From a virus (lineage: Duplodnaviria; Caudoviricetes): 25,130 bases of DNA. The notes beneath the pieces are model-generated. The model saw only the letters and a list, made by a program, of their open reading frames with translations, was not told where the DNA came from and ran no database searches. This document shows, piece by piece, positions 1 through 8,314 of this stretch (positions are counted from its first letter, which is position 1; each line of letters starts with the position of its first letter). The translations under genes and the position numbers were made by a program. The stretch spans positions 1-25,130 of the IMG/VR virus record IMGVR_UViG_3300032272_000068. One strand, given 5' to 3'.

Positions 1-2
1 CT

Positions 3-431
3 ACAGCTGCTGACTTGTCAGAAGCGTCTATCGAACAGATGTGCATCAACATAATGAAAGCAGAGAATGATAAAGGTTTAAATATCTCAATCATGCCTCA
101 GTCTTTGATTATCCCGCCTGACTTGGTGTTTGAAGCAGAAAGGATTTTACAATCCCCTTATCGTGTTGGTACTGCCAATAACGATGTGAACGCCTTATAC
201 AACATGGGTAAATTCCCGGGTGGTATTAAGGTCAACCATTACCTGACTGACGCAGATGCATGGTTCGTAAGAACTAACTGCCCACACGGTAACAAGATGT
301 ATCAGAGAAAGCCAATGGCATTTAGCATTGACAATGATTTTGATACTGAAAACGCTAAGTTCAAAGCAACAGAGAGATATTCTTTCGGTTGGACAGACTG
401 GCGTGGTGTTTACGGTTCTCCGGGAGCGTAA
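3..431 (+). CDS. Major capsid protein, C-terminal part (Mu gpT-like family, HK97 fold); 5'-truncated by the window edge
   Basis: The frame is open from the window edge (ACA GCT GCT GAC TTG = TAADL), so the TTG at 15 is not the true start. LIIPPDLxFEAERIL, TANNDVNA, NHYLTDxDAWF, DFDTxNxKFKAxERYSFGWTDWRGxYGSPGA match the C-terminus of this capsid family. Confidence 0.88.
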   Translation, partial: TAADLSEASIEQMCINIMKAENDKGLNISIMPQSLIIPPDLVFEAERILQSPYRVGTANNDVNALYNMGKFPGGIKVNHYLTDADAWFVRTNCPHGNKMYQRKPMAFSIDNDFDTENAKFKATERYSFGWTDWRGVYGSPGA

Positions 432-448
432 CCATTTAAATAGTACTG

Positions 449-470
449 ATCCCCTCCTTCGGGAGGGGGT
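449..470 (+). terminator. GC-rich hairpin with C(UUCG)G tetraloop after the capsid gene (weak terminator or mRNA stabiliser)
   Basis: ATCCCCTCC-TTCG-GGAGGGGGT, followed by TGCTC with no proper U-tract. Confidence 0.6.
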
Positions 471-477
471 TGCTCAT

Positions 478-484
478 AAGGAGG
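478..484 (+). promoter_or_regulatory. Strong Shine-Dalgarno site for the 492 ORF
   Basis: AAGGAGG, 7 nt upstream of ATG 492. Confidence 0.8.
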
Positions 485-491
485 ATATTCA

Positions 492-1010
492 ATGAGTGGT
501 ACAAATTTTCCAAATGGTGTAGCAGTAAGAAACAAGTATTCAGGTAACGTCGATACAGACAATGATTACAAGTTAGCTGCCAACACTAAATTTATACGTA
601 AGCAAGCAGTAATTCACTGTATAGGTTCTGATGCGGATAACGCTGAAAGAACTACTGCATTTACTATACCAGCTGGCTCTATTGTACATGACGTTTTCTT
701 AAACGTAATTACAGTTGATGCTACTGAGACTGTAGATGTTGGTACTGAAGGCACTACTAATGATCCTAATGGATTCTTGGCAGCTGCATCTTTAGCTACT
801 GAAGGATTAGTATTCGGCTCTCTAGCTGATGGTGCCATAACTCGCGGAGCTTTGCTCTCAGAGATTACAGAAGCCACAACTGCAGCAGCCCGTAAACCAG
901 CTATCATAGCTGCGGCTGATCCAGTAAGCTTTACCTGTTCTGCAGGTACTGATACAGCGGTGTTCGATATTATAATCGACTACACTGAAGTAGTTACTGA
1001 AGCAAACTAG
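492..1010 (+). CDS. Probable capsid decoration/cement protein
   Basis: Directly after the capsid gene with a strong RBS and followed by a terminator. N-terminal TNFPNG motif and beta-rich Ala/Thr/Asp body (TIPAGSIVHDV...VDVGT...GFLAA). Confidence 0.6.
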   Translation: MSGTNFPNGVAVRNKYSGNVDTDNDYKLAANTKFIRKQAVIHCIGSDADNAERTTAFTIPAGSIVHDVFLNVITVDATETVDVGTEGTTNDPNGFLAAASLATEGLVFGSLADGAITRGALLSEITEATTAAARKPAIIAAADPVSFTCSAGTDTAVFDIIIDYTEVVTEAN

Positions 1011-1014
1011 GACT

Positions 1015-1042
1015 AGCCCCTTAATTGGGGCTTTTCCGTTTT
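1015..1042 (+). terminator. Rho-independent terminator
   Basis: AGCCCC-TTAATT-GGGGCT followed by TTTCCGTTTT. Confidence 0.8.
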
Positions 1043-1053
1043 AGGAACAACAT

Positions 1054-1329
1054 ATGAAAGGCAAATCACCGGGTTATCAAGCAGGAAATCATTGGGCTAT
1101 ATGTGACCGATGTGGAACTGCCTTTAGACGTAAGGAATTACGCAAGACATGGGATAACCTATGGGTATGCAAAGATGACTGGGAGCCTAGACAGGCACAA
1201 GACTTTGTTAGAGGAAGAGCTGATAAGATCGCACCAGAGGAACCAGTACGGCCTGATGACACTGAAGGTAGAAATCAGACAGTAGATACAAGCGAAATAC
1301 CAGATGGTACTTTCGATAATTCATTATAA
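1054..1329 (+). CDS. Small phage protein with CxxC motif (CDRCG...WDNLWVCKDDWEPRQ)
   Basis: AGGA RBS. The CDRCG...W..L.VC...E...Q pattern is one I recognise from genes near capsid genes in uncultured podoviruses; function unknown. Confidence 0.7.
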   Translation: MKGKSPGYQAGNHWAICDRCGTAFRRKELRKTWDNLWVCKDDWEPRQAQDFVRGRADKIAPEEPVRPDDTEGRNQTVDTSEIPDGTFDNSL

Positions 1330-1344
1330 CAGGAGCAACACAAC

Positions 1345-1776
1345 ATGGCATTTACTTCCAACGTAAAATACATCTGGCCCCCTAATTTCTTGGAAGGCAC
1401 AGATGTTATGGACAAATATCAACGCAAGATCGCTATCAGAGCTACAGGTACATCCACAGCTGCTGATGATGCGACAGATCAAGTCATAGTAGACAAGTCT
1501 GACCTCTTAGGCCCAGCAGGGGCTGAACCAGATAACCTAGTTATCTTAGAAGCAACATGGTCTATATCAGGATACGACACAGTAATTTTAGAATGGGATG
1601 ATGGTACTGATGAAGAAGCCCTCAGAATGCAAGGAGATAACTTTGTTGACTTTACTGCTATTGGCGGTCTCCATAGTGACGGTTCTAGTCAAACTGGAGA
1701 CTTACTTCTTAGTACGTTAGGTGGAGCTGCTAACTCGTCCTATGACATTCAACTCGTCGTTAAGTTAAAGCAATAG
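1345..1776 (+). CDS. Putative virion structural protein (beta-rich, acidic)
   Basis: AGGAG RBS; pattern V.L.WD...D...L...G...DF..GGL......TGD..L.T; located in the head module. Confidence 0.6.
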   Translation: MAFTSNVKYIWPPNFLEGTDVMDKYQRKIAIRATGTSTAADDATDQVIVDKSDLLGPAGAEPDNLVILEATWSISGYDTVILEWDDGTDEEALRMQGDNFVDFTAIGGLHSDGSSQTGDLLLSTLGGAANSSYDIQLVVKLKQ

Positions 1777-1785
1777 GAGAATAGC

Positions 1786-2313
1786 ATGAGTAATAACCCA
1801 ATGGGCTTTAAGCCACCAAGTACAGTTAAAGGCTTACCTGATGCTGTTAATCTAATTAACGCAATACGTAACCCTGAGAAGACAGAAGAATTACTTCAAC
1901 CTTTGATCGAGTACACAACTAAAGCAGAAGAGTATTTCTCTGCGTTTGTAGAACTTGAGAAGCTAGGTGATTATATTCAGGAAGAAACTGCTAAGGTAGC
2001 AGAGCAATCACAGAAGGTACAACGTGCCTCACAAGTATTAGATCAACGTGTACGTGAGCAAGATCAAAAGAACCGAGATTACTTAGGTGAGCTAGAAGCT
2101 AGAGAACAAGAAATTAAAAATAGTGAATATGATTTAGATATATCTAACGAAGAACTTGAAAATAGAATCGCTGCATTTGAAGAAGCAGAGAGAGCTTTCA
2201 AAGAAACAGTTAGAGAAGTTAACTCTCGTGAAGCTAAGTTAGCAGAACGTGAGCGTGAAGTAGAAGCTAAAGCTAAGCGTATTATAGACGCACAAGCTTT
2301 GTTAAATGGCTAA
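1786..2313 (+). CDS. Coiled-coil protein of unknown function
   Basis: AGGAG RBS; long E/K/R/Q-rich heptad-like region with almost no Pro or Gly after about residue 40. Confidence 0.75.
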   Translation: MSNNPMGFKPPSTVKGLPDAVNLINAIRNPEKTEELLQPLIEYTTKAEEYFSAFVELEKLGDYIQEETAKVAEQSQKVQRASQVLDQRVREQDQKNRDYLGELEAREQEIKNSEYDLDISNEELENRIAAFEEAERAFKETVREVNSREAKLAEREREVEAKAKRIIDAQALLNG

Positions 2314-2908
2314 TAGATACATCTTCTTATCCCAGTATAGAACTGGGTCAACCATGGTATGTGATGCCTTACAATCGCATCCCTATATTCATATAGGGCA
2401 TGAGACTTACCATCCTTGGAAGGGTACATATGATGAATTGTTTGCTGATATGGAATGGAAATTCCCCTACAAGAAGCACTTTATTATACACACCCAGATA
2501 GACCATGGTATGGCACATTCAGGCCCAAGTATACTTGATGCACCTTACCCTAAGATGGGTCTGTGGCTAAAGGACTACGTACTGGGAGCTGCAGCACAAT
2601 GCATGCTGAATTACCAAAGAGCAGATGGATGCTTTGAGTTAGATACAGGCATTGTAGCTGACGCTGTAAGATTACGCAAAGAAAGAGATGAAGTACTTAA
2701 ATCTAAAGTAGATATGCTTTGGGAACTAGAAGAAATGCGACAAGGTAAGATGTTATCATCTATACCAGAGAAGTATGCACAAGCATTTTATGATTTTGTT
2801 GGGGAGCCAATATATAAAGAATTACATGTTAGAAATATTAATAAGCACCCTCTACTAGCTTTACCACAGAATATGGATGAAATAAGAGATGCCTGCAAGA
2901 ACATATAA
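2306..2908 (+). CDS. Sulfotransferase-like (NodH/Stf0-type P-loop) protein
   Basis: N-terminus YIFLSQYRTGSTMVCDALQSHPYIHIGHE matches the beta-strand + R(S/T)GST 5'-PSB loop + LxSHPxI...E signature of bacterial sulfotransferases. Confidence 0.65.
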   Translation: MANRYIFLSQYRTGSTMVCDALQSHPYIHIGHETYHPWKGTYDELFADMEWKFPYKKHFIIHTQIDHGMAHSGPSILDAPYPKMGLWLKDYVLGAAAQCMLNYQRADGCFELDTGIVADAVRLRKERDEVLKSKVDMLWELEEMRQGKMLSSIPEKYAQAFYDFVGEPIYKELHVRNINKHPLLALPQNMDEIRDACKNI

Positions 2909-3320
2909 AAATGTAATTGATATTCAAGTGCCTACAGCTAGAGCAGATATTAGATCTACTGCTGTACAGATTGGATCTGATATACGTGCTTATACTTTAG
3001 CTGTGAACAGAGCTTTAATTGTAAATAAGAGAGAGAGTAAGGTATTGTATAAAATAGGTGCTGAGGTATCCTATGATGGTGGGAATACTTGGGTACAAGG
3101 AGCAGCTTGCGATGTCACTGACGGGGAGTTTACTACCCAGTTTGGTAATAAAGCCGCGTACACAACTTTAACTGCAGGATTAGATCCACAGGTAGGTAGC
3201 ACTCTTAGGCTAATAAGACCTAATGCTACAATACTTGAATTGGATGAGCCTATACGTATGGATTTAGATGTGTTAGTAGATAAGGTACAAAAGATCCGCA
3301 GTCCAGTGGCACCAAGCTAA
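2889..3320 (+). CDS. Hypothetical beta-rich protein with one Asp-box (SYDGGNTW)
   Basis: Overlaps the upstream gene and is TAATG-coupled to the next; SxDxGxTW at 3069-3092. Confidence 0.7.
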   Translation: MPARTYKNVIDIQVPTARADIRSTAVQIGSDIRAYTLAVNRALIVNKRESKVLYKIGAEVSYDGGNTWVQGAACDVTDGEFTTQFGNKAAYTTLTAGLDPQVGSTLRLIRPNATILELDEPIRMDLDVLVDKVQKIRSPVAPS

Positions 3321-4066
3321 TGGCTGTTGCATACGGCACAGTTTCTGGCTCAGGTCTATTTGTCCAGACTACTTTTGCTTCGTCACTATCTATCGCATCT
3401 ACTAACTTTAGTGGTACAGATGTACTTTTAGTAGCTCAAGTAGAAGCGTTCGTATTTGGTACTGCTGCTATTAGTAGCGTACAATGGGACGTAGCTACAC
3501 CAGAGAATTTTACTCAGCAATATGCTGATGAGAACAACAATGCTAGCTCGTTTTATGTCTACACCCATGCAGCAGGATCTGGAGCTACAGATACAGTAAC
3601 AGCTAATTTTCCTTCGTCACGAGATCAAATATCTCTTATTACGTCATCGTTTACAGGTGTTGATCAAACTACACCAATAAAAGACTCTGGTACAGGCAGC
3701 TATTCATTAGGGTATAATACTCCTGAGACATTTACTATAACACTCGCCACAGCTGCGGCTGATGAGATGATATCATCTATCACCTTTACTGATGATACAG
3801 GCGTTAGTTATACTACAGGCACTAACCAAACACAATCATATGATGATGATACTGGCCCATCTTACGGTTGGCATGGTCGTATGGAGTATAAAGATGGTGC
3901 TGATGGTAATACAGCTACTATATCTACTGATAACGATTCTAACGGATCAACTGTATTGCACTGGGCAGCATTATTTAATGACGCAGGGGGTGGTGGTGGT
4001 GGAACCACAATACCGCTATTAGTAAACTCATATAGACGACACCATCAACAACATCATTCAGGATAA
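3320..4066 (+). CDS. Ser/Thr-rich beta-sandwich virion surface protein with poly-Gly linker and His/Arg-rich C-terminal tail
   Basis: TAATG coupling; very S/T/D-rich and K-poor; FTGVDQTTPI motif; ends GGGGGGTTIPLLVNSYRRHHQQHHSG. Confidence 0.7.
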   Translation: MAVAYGTVSGSGLFVQTTFASSLSIASTNFSGTDVLLVAQVEAFVFGTAAISSVQWDVATPENFTQQYADENNNASSFYVYTHAAGSGATDTVTANFPSSRDQISLITSSFTGVDQTTPIKDSGTGSYSLGYNTPETFTITLATAAADEMISSITFTDDTGVSYTTGTNQTQSYDDDTGPSYGWHGRMEYKDGADGNTATISTDNDSNGSTVLHWAALFNDAGGGGGGTTIPLLVNSYRRHHQQHHSG

Positions 4067-4071
4067 TACAT

Positions 4072-6486
4072 ATGTTTTTAAGACAATCAACATCACAAGA
4101 TATACGCATAGGCCCATTCCTAGATATTACTGATGGTGTAACAGAAGAAACAGCTCTTACATTAGCTAACACTGATGTCAGACTTTCAAAAGACGGTGCA
4201 GCCTTTGGAGCTAAGAACTCAGGTGGTCTTACACACGACTCTGATGGTTGGTATAGTGGTACACTTAATGCTACTGATACTAATACTGTTGGTGAGCTGG
4301 TTATAAACGTACATCAACCAGCTAATACTTTACCAGTATGGAAGACTTACTGGGTACTAGAAGAAGCTGTATATGATGACCTATTTGGTGCATCTGCTGC
4401 CGGTATTCCAACTGTAGCAGAGATACAATCAGGTCTTGCTACTGCTGCAGCCCTTACAACTGTTGACAATGAAATAGCAGTTATAGACGGTGTTGTAGAT
4501 GCGATACTTGTTGATACTGGTACTACTATTCCTGCTTCTCTTACTACTATTGATAACGAGATTGCAGTAATTGACGGTAATGTAGATCTAATATTAGTAG
4601 ACACAGGAACAACCTTACAGGCAGAATTAGATGGGATTCAAGCAGACACTGAAGATTTACAAACTCAGGTTGGAACTGCAGGTGCTGGTCTTACGGCTGT
4701 ACCTTGGAACGCGGCTTGGGATGCTGAAGTCCAAAGTGAAGTCAATGATGCGTTGGTTGCGTTAGGACTAGATCACTTAGTAGGTGCCGCAGTAACAGGC
4801 ACAGATGTAGTAGACAACTCTATTATAGCACAGTTAGTGTCTAGCTCAGCCACAGCTGACTGGGATACTTATGTCAATACAACTGAATCATTACAAGCAA
4901 TACGTGACCGTGGCGACGCTTCATGGGTAACAGGTGCAGGTGGAACACCTCCACAATTACTACAAGAAACAACTATTGCAACACTTGCGTCACAGACAAG
5001 CTTTACATTGACAGCAGGTTCTGCAGATAATGATGCATATAATGATCAGATATGTGTAATAGAAGATTCAGTCACAGCTGTACAGAAAGCTGTAGGTATT
5101 ATATCTGACTATACAGGATCAACTAAGACAGTTACACTGTCAGCTGACCCAGCTGTATTTACAATGGCTGTAGGTGATACAATTAGAATTATAGCTTCCG
5201 CAGCAGCAGGTACTGCTCCTACAGCAGCGGCTGTTGCCGATGCAGTATGGGACGAGGTACAGGCTGATCACGTAACAGCTGGATCATTCGGTGAGATAGC
5301 TACAGAGGTGGCTAGTATCTTAGTGGATACAAACGAACTACAGACTGATGATATTCCGGGTACCCTAACTACTATTGAAGGTAAGATAGATACTATTGAT
5401 ACTAATGTTGACGCAATACTAGTTGATACAAATGAATTACAGACTGATGATTACCCTGCCAGATTTACTACATTAGAAGGATTGATAGGTAATATCGCTA
5501 CGGGTACAGCAGCTATATCTCAAGTAGCTGAAAGCCAATTACTTACTACAGGCTCAGAAGTTAATACCTATGCTGTAACTGATCAGAAAGATGGTGTATA
5601 CCATGAAGTATCAGATTCAGCTGGTGCAATGGAGTTCTACTATCAGTTTGATGTAGGAACTTTTGGTATCGCTGAGAGTGTAAACATGTGGGGTAGATTA
5701 AATGGAATTAATGATACTCTAGGAGTTTTTGCATGGAACTGGGCTGGGAGTGCATGGGAACAAGTAGCTGACTTAGTAGGATCGAATAGCTCTACTGATG
5801 GCTTAATAACATTCAACTTATTAGTAGCTCATACTGGAACTGGAGCAGATCTAGGTAAGGTTAGAATACGAGGGTTTGCTGCGTCAGGATTAACCAGTGC
5901 TACAATATATATTGACCAAGCATATGTTGGTTATGCTCAGGCACTATCAACAACAGCCATAGCAGACCAAGTATGGGATGAAGCACAAGCTGATCATGTA
6001 GCAGCTGGGAGCTTCGGGGAAATAGCATCAGAAGTTGCAAGTATTCTTGATGATACAGGTACAAGTGGAGTAGTACTAGCGAATAATGCTATTAGTGCAA
6101 GTAAAGTAGCAACTAATGCATTTGCTAACACTGTTTTCACTACCGGATATTTCAATGCTATAAATGCTGAAGTTGATACAGCACTAACTGACTATGACGC
6201 AGCTACAGGTGCAGAAGTGGCTGCATTAAATAACCTATCAGCAGCTGATGTAAATGCTGAAGTGGTAGATGTAATTAGAACTGATACAGTAGCTGAATTA
6301 ACTGGAGTACCAGCGGCTACGTCTACATTAGCTGATAAGGTCAACTGGTTATTCATGTTAGCACGTAATCAACTAGAGCAGACCTCAACTACAGCCACAC
6401 TAAGAGCTGATAATGGAGCTACATCAGTAGCAACAGCAGCAGTGTCTGATGACGCAACAACAGCACAACGTAATGAGTGGGCGTAA
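4072..6486 (+). CDS. Large acidic modular fibre-like virion protein with internal repeats
   Basis: AGGA RBS; 804 aa, D/T/A-rich and K-poor. N-terminal LRQST...GPFLD.TDG.T.ET.LT...DVRLSK.G domain, helical repeats and interspersed beta modules. Confidence 0.75.
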   Translation: MFLRQSTSQDIRIGPFLDITDGVTEETALTLANTDVRLSKDGAAFGAKNSGGLTHDSDGWYSGTLNATDTNTVGELVINVHQPANTLPVWKTYWVLEEAVYDDLFGASAAGIPTVAEIQSGLATAAALTTVDNEIAVIDGVVDAILVDTGTTIPASLTTIDNEIAVIDGNVDLILVDTGTTLQAELDGIQADTEDLQTQVGTAGAGLTAVPWNAAWDAEVQSEVNDALVALGLDHLVGAAVTGTDVVDNSIIAQLVSSSATADWDTYVNTTESLQAIRDRGDASWVTGAGGTPPQLLQETTIATLASQTSFTLTAGSADNDAYNDQICVIEDSVTAVQKAVGIISDYTGSTKTVTLSADPAVFTMAVGDTIRIIASAAAGTAPTAAAVADAVWDEVQADHVTAGSFGEIATEVASILVDTNELQTDDIPGTLTTIEGKIDTIDTNVDAILVDTNELQTDDYPARFTTLEGLIGNIATGTAAISQVAESQLLTTGSEVNTYAVTDQKDGVYHEVSDSAGAMEFYYQFDVGTFGIAESVNMWGRLNGINDTLGVFAWNWAGSAWEQVADLVGSNSSTDGLITFNLLVAHTGTGADLGKVRIRGFAASGLTSATIYIDQAYVGYAQALSTTAIADQVWDEAQADHVAAGSFGEIASEVASILDDTGTSGVVLANNAISASKVATNAFANTVFTTGYFNAINAEVDTALTDYDAATGAEVAALNNLSAADVNAEVVDVIRTDTVAELTGVPAATSTLADKVNWLFMLARNQLEQTSTTATLRADNGATSVATAAVSDDATTAQRNEWA
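4453..4614 (+). repeat. Tandem coding repeat, 29-aa period (LTTxDNEIAVIDGxVDxILVDTGTT x2)
   Basis: Copies start at 4453 and 4540; near-identical protein, DNA diverged at synonymous sites. Confidence 0.9.
5236..6057 (+). repeat. Dispersed 32-aa repeat ADxVWDExQADHVxAGSFGEIAxEVASILxDT at 5236-5331 and 5962-6057, plus ILVDTNELQTDD x2 (5317, 5416)
   Basis: Read directly from the translation and the DNA. Confidence 0.9.
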
Positions 6487-6489
6487 TCC

Positions 6490-6735
6490 ATGGCCGCCGA
6501 TACGCGAAACAAGAGGTTCGCTATACTCCAGATGTACAATCAAGCTATCCAGATTCTACCGAATCCAGATGGCACGATTGATGAGCCAGATAGATCCCAA
6601 TTTGCTCACATGTATAATGGGATAGATTTACAAGGGGAGATAATAGTACCAGAGATAGATCGCATACCATCAGGAGCCAAGAAAGGACATAGGCTGGGTG
6701 GTAAAAATAAACGCAGAGGAAGGAGTCTTGGATAA
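6490..6735 (+). CDS. Small protein (DT..KR...PNPDGTID..DR....Y.GI) with a basic C-terminal tail
   Basis: Starts 4 nt after the fibre stop and is TAATG-coupled to the next gene. Confidence 0.75.
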   Translation: MAADTRNKRFAILQMYNQAIQILPNPDGTIDEPDRSQFAHMYNGIDLQGEIIVPEIDRIPSGAKKGHRLGGKNKRRGRSLG

Positions 6736-7358
6736 TGTTGTGGCATCATTTATTAGTAGATAAGAAGGTAGTACGTAGTATATATGAATCATTCGGTGAG
6801 AATGCTAGACCAATAATAGAGAGGGCTATGATAGCTTTCCCTCAGTACGCTTGGCAGATTGCTAATAGTACTTTGGTTGGTGAGAGTGAGCCATACGGTG
6901 AGGATAGAGAAGAGAATATCATATCTGTCTATAGCCCTAATGCACCAGAATGGTATCACGGCCCTGCAGACCATTATTGTATGAAGTTACATATGGACTC
7001 AGGCATAGTTAAATGGAAGATACTTTGGACACCTCCATATAAGTTACCTAAGATCCAAGGAGCTGAAGGTACATGTAAATGGATAGGACAGAACTTTGAT
7101 GAGAATCATCAGCCAGAGAACGAGTATCACGAGTACTATGATGAGGTATCTAAGAGTAATCCAAGAGATTTAATTGGATACACTTGTACTAATGACTTAG
7201 AGATTAAACACACAAAGATATATGTACACCCTCATTGGGTAACACAAGGTGAGTATCTTGTCACAAACTGGGATCATCTACAGAATATAGAGCTACCAGA
7301 AGACTACACATACCTTACTAACCTTACCCGTACTAAGGGTGAGCAATGGATAAACTAA
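6735..7358 (+). CDS. Hypothetical aromatic/His-rich protein
   Basis: TAATG-coupled 207-aa ORF with genome-typical codon use; no recognisable family. Confidence 0.7.
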   Translation: MLWHHLLVDKKVVRSIYESFGENARPIIERAMIAFPQYAWQIANSTLVGESEPYGEDREENIISVYSPNAPEWYHGPADHYCMKLHMDSGIVKWKILWTPPYKLPKIQGAEGTCKWIGQNFDENHQPENEYHEYYDEVSKSNPRDLIGYTCTNDLEIKHTKIYVHPHWVTQGEYLVTNWDHLQNIELPEDYTYLTNLTRTKGEQWIN

Positions 7359-7369
7359 TAGGATAAGAT

Positions 7370-8314
7370 ATGGCAACAAGTGGATCAATTGATTTTGGGG
7401 CAACGCGAGATGACCTCATACAAGAGGCAATGGAGCAGGTAGGTGCTATTGATTTAGGCGGTACACCTAGTACTGCTGACTTAGCTACTTGTGCTCGTAC
7501 ACTAAACTTAATGTTAAAGTCATGGCAGAATGACGAGGTTAACATCTTTGCTATACAGAAGGTTCACTTATTCTTACAGCAAGACACTAACGAGTATCTA
7601 CTTGGAACTACAGCTAATTTATCTACAACAGTTAATCAGACTACTGTAGCAGTAGCACTAGATAATGGTGGTACTGGAGTAATACAGATAGCTGCAGCTG
7701 GAGGTATTGCTAACGCAGATAACATAGCTATTGAACTAGATGATGGTTCTATGCACTATACTACTGTGGGTGTAGGAGCAGGAACAGCATGGCCTTTAAG
7801 TGCTGATGTACCAAGCCTTACTTCTGTAGGTAACACAGTATATCACTGGACACCAGCAGAAGACGCCAACAGACCTATGAAGATTATAACAGCTGTTAGA
7901 CGAGATAAGAACGGGATTGATATACCAATGAACTTATTATCATTGGATGAGTACACTCAGTTATCAGATAAGACTACTGATGGTGTACCGATTAACTTTT
8001 ATTACAGACCAGAGCTAGGACTCACACGAGTACGTATATGGCCTGAGCCATCTGATGTATCAGACTACATAGTCATGTGGGTACAGCGTACACTAGAGGA
8101 TCTTGATGCTGCTAGTGACGATGTAGACTACCCTCAAGAGTGGTACTGGGCTATCTCACTTGGTCTAGCTATGGCTATTTCTAGTAAGTATGGTGTTGAT
8201 GCAGCTACTTATAATAGAATCAAGGAGCAGTTCACTGAGGCATACTGGATGGCATCTAGTGCTGATGTAGATGAGGCAGGTACTGAATTTGAGCCTAACA
8301 TGAGAGGCGACTAG
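7370..8314 (+). CDS. Head-to-tail adaptor (P22 gp4-like / tail tubular A)
   Basis: MATSG..DF...DDLIQEA...G...A..TLNLML..W.N N-terminus; G.P..FYY.....IWP.P and D.PQEW..A...GLA C-terminus; precedes the gp10-like gene. Confidence 0.75.
   Translation: MATSGSIDFGATRDDLIQEAMEQVGAIDLGGTPSTADLATCARTLNLMLKSWQNDEVNIFAIQKVHLFLQQDTNEYLLGTTANLSTTVNQTTVAVALDNGGTGVIQIAAAGGIANADNIAIELDDGSMHYTTVGVGAGTAWPLSADVPSLTSVGNTVYHWTPAEDANRPMKIITAVRRDKNGIDIPMNLLSLDEYTQLSDKTTDGVPINFYYRPELGLTRVRIWPEPSDVSDYIVMWVQRTLEDLDAASDDVDYPQEWYWAISLGLAMAISSKYGVDAATYNRIKEQFTEAYWMASSADVDEAGTEFEPNMRGD

Noticed and set aside
435-443. TTTAAATA resembling the T4 late promoter TATAAATA
   Set aside because: Imperfect, single instance, not seen upstream of other late genes.
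3069-3092. Asp-box as evidence of a sialidase
   Set aside because: A single copy in a 143-aa protein; sialidase propellers need several copies and a much longer chain.
5236-6057. Repeat pair as a diversity-generating retroelement TR/VR
   Set aside because: Differences are mostly synonymous and not adenine-specific, both copies are in one ORF, and no reverse transcriptase is present.
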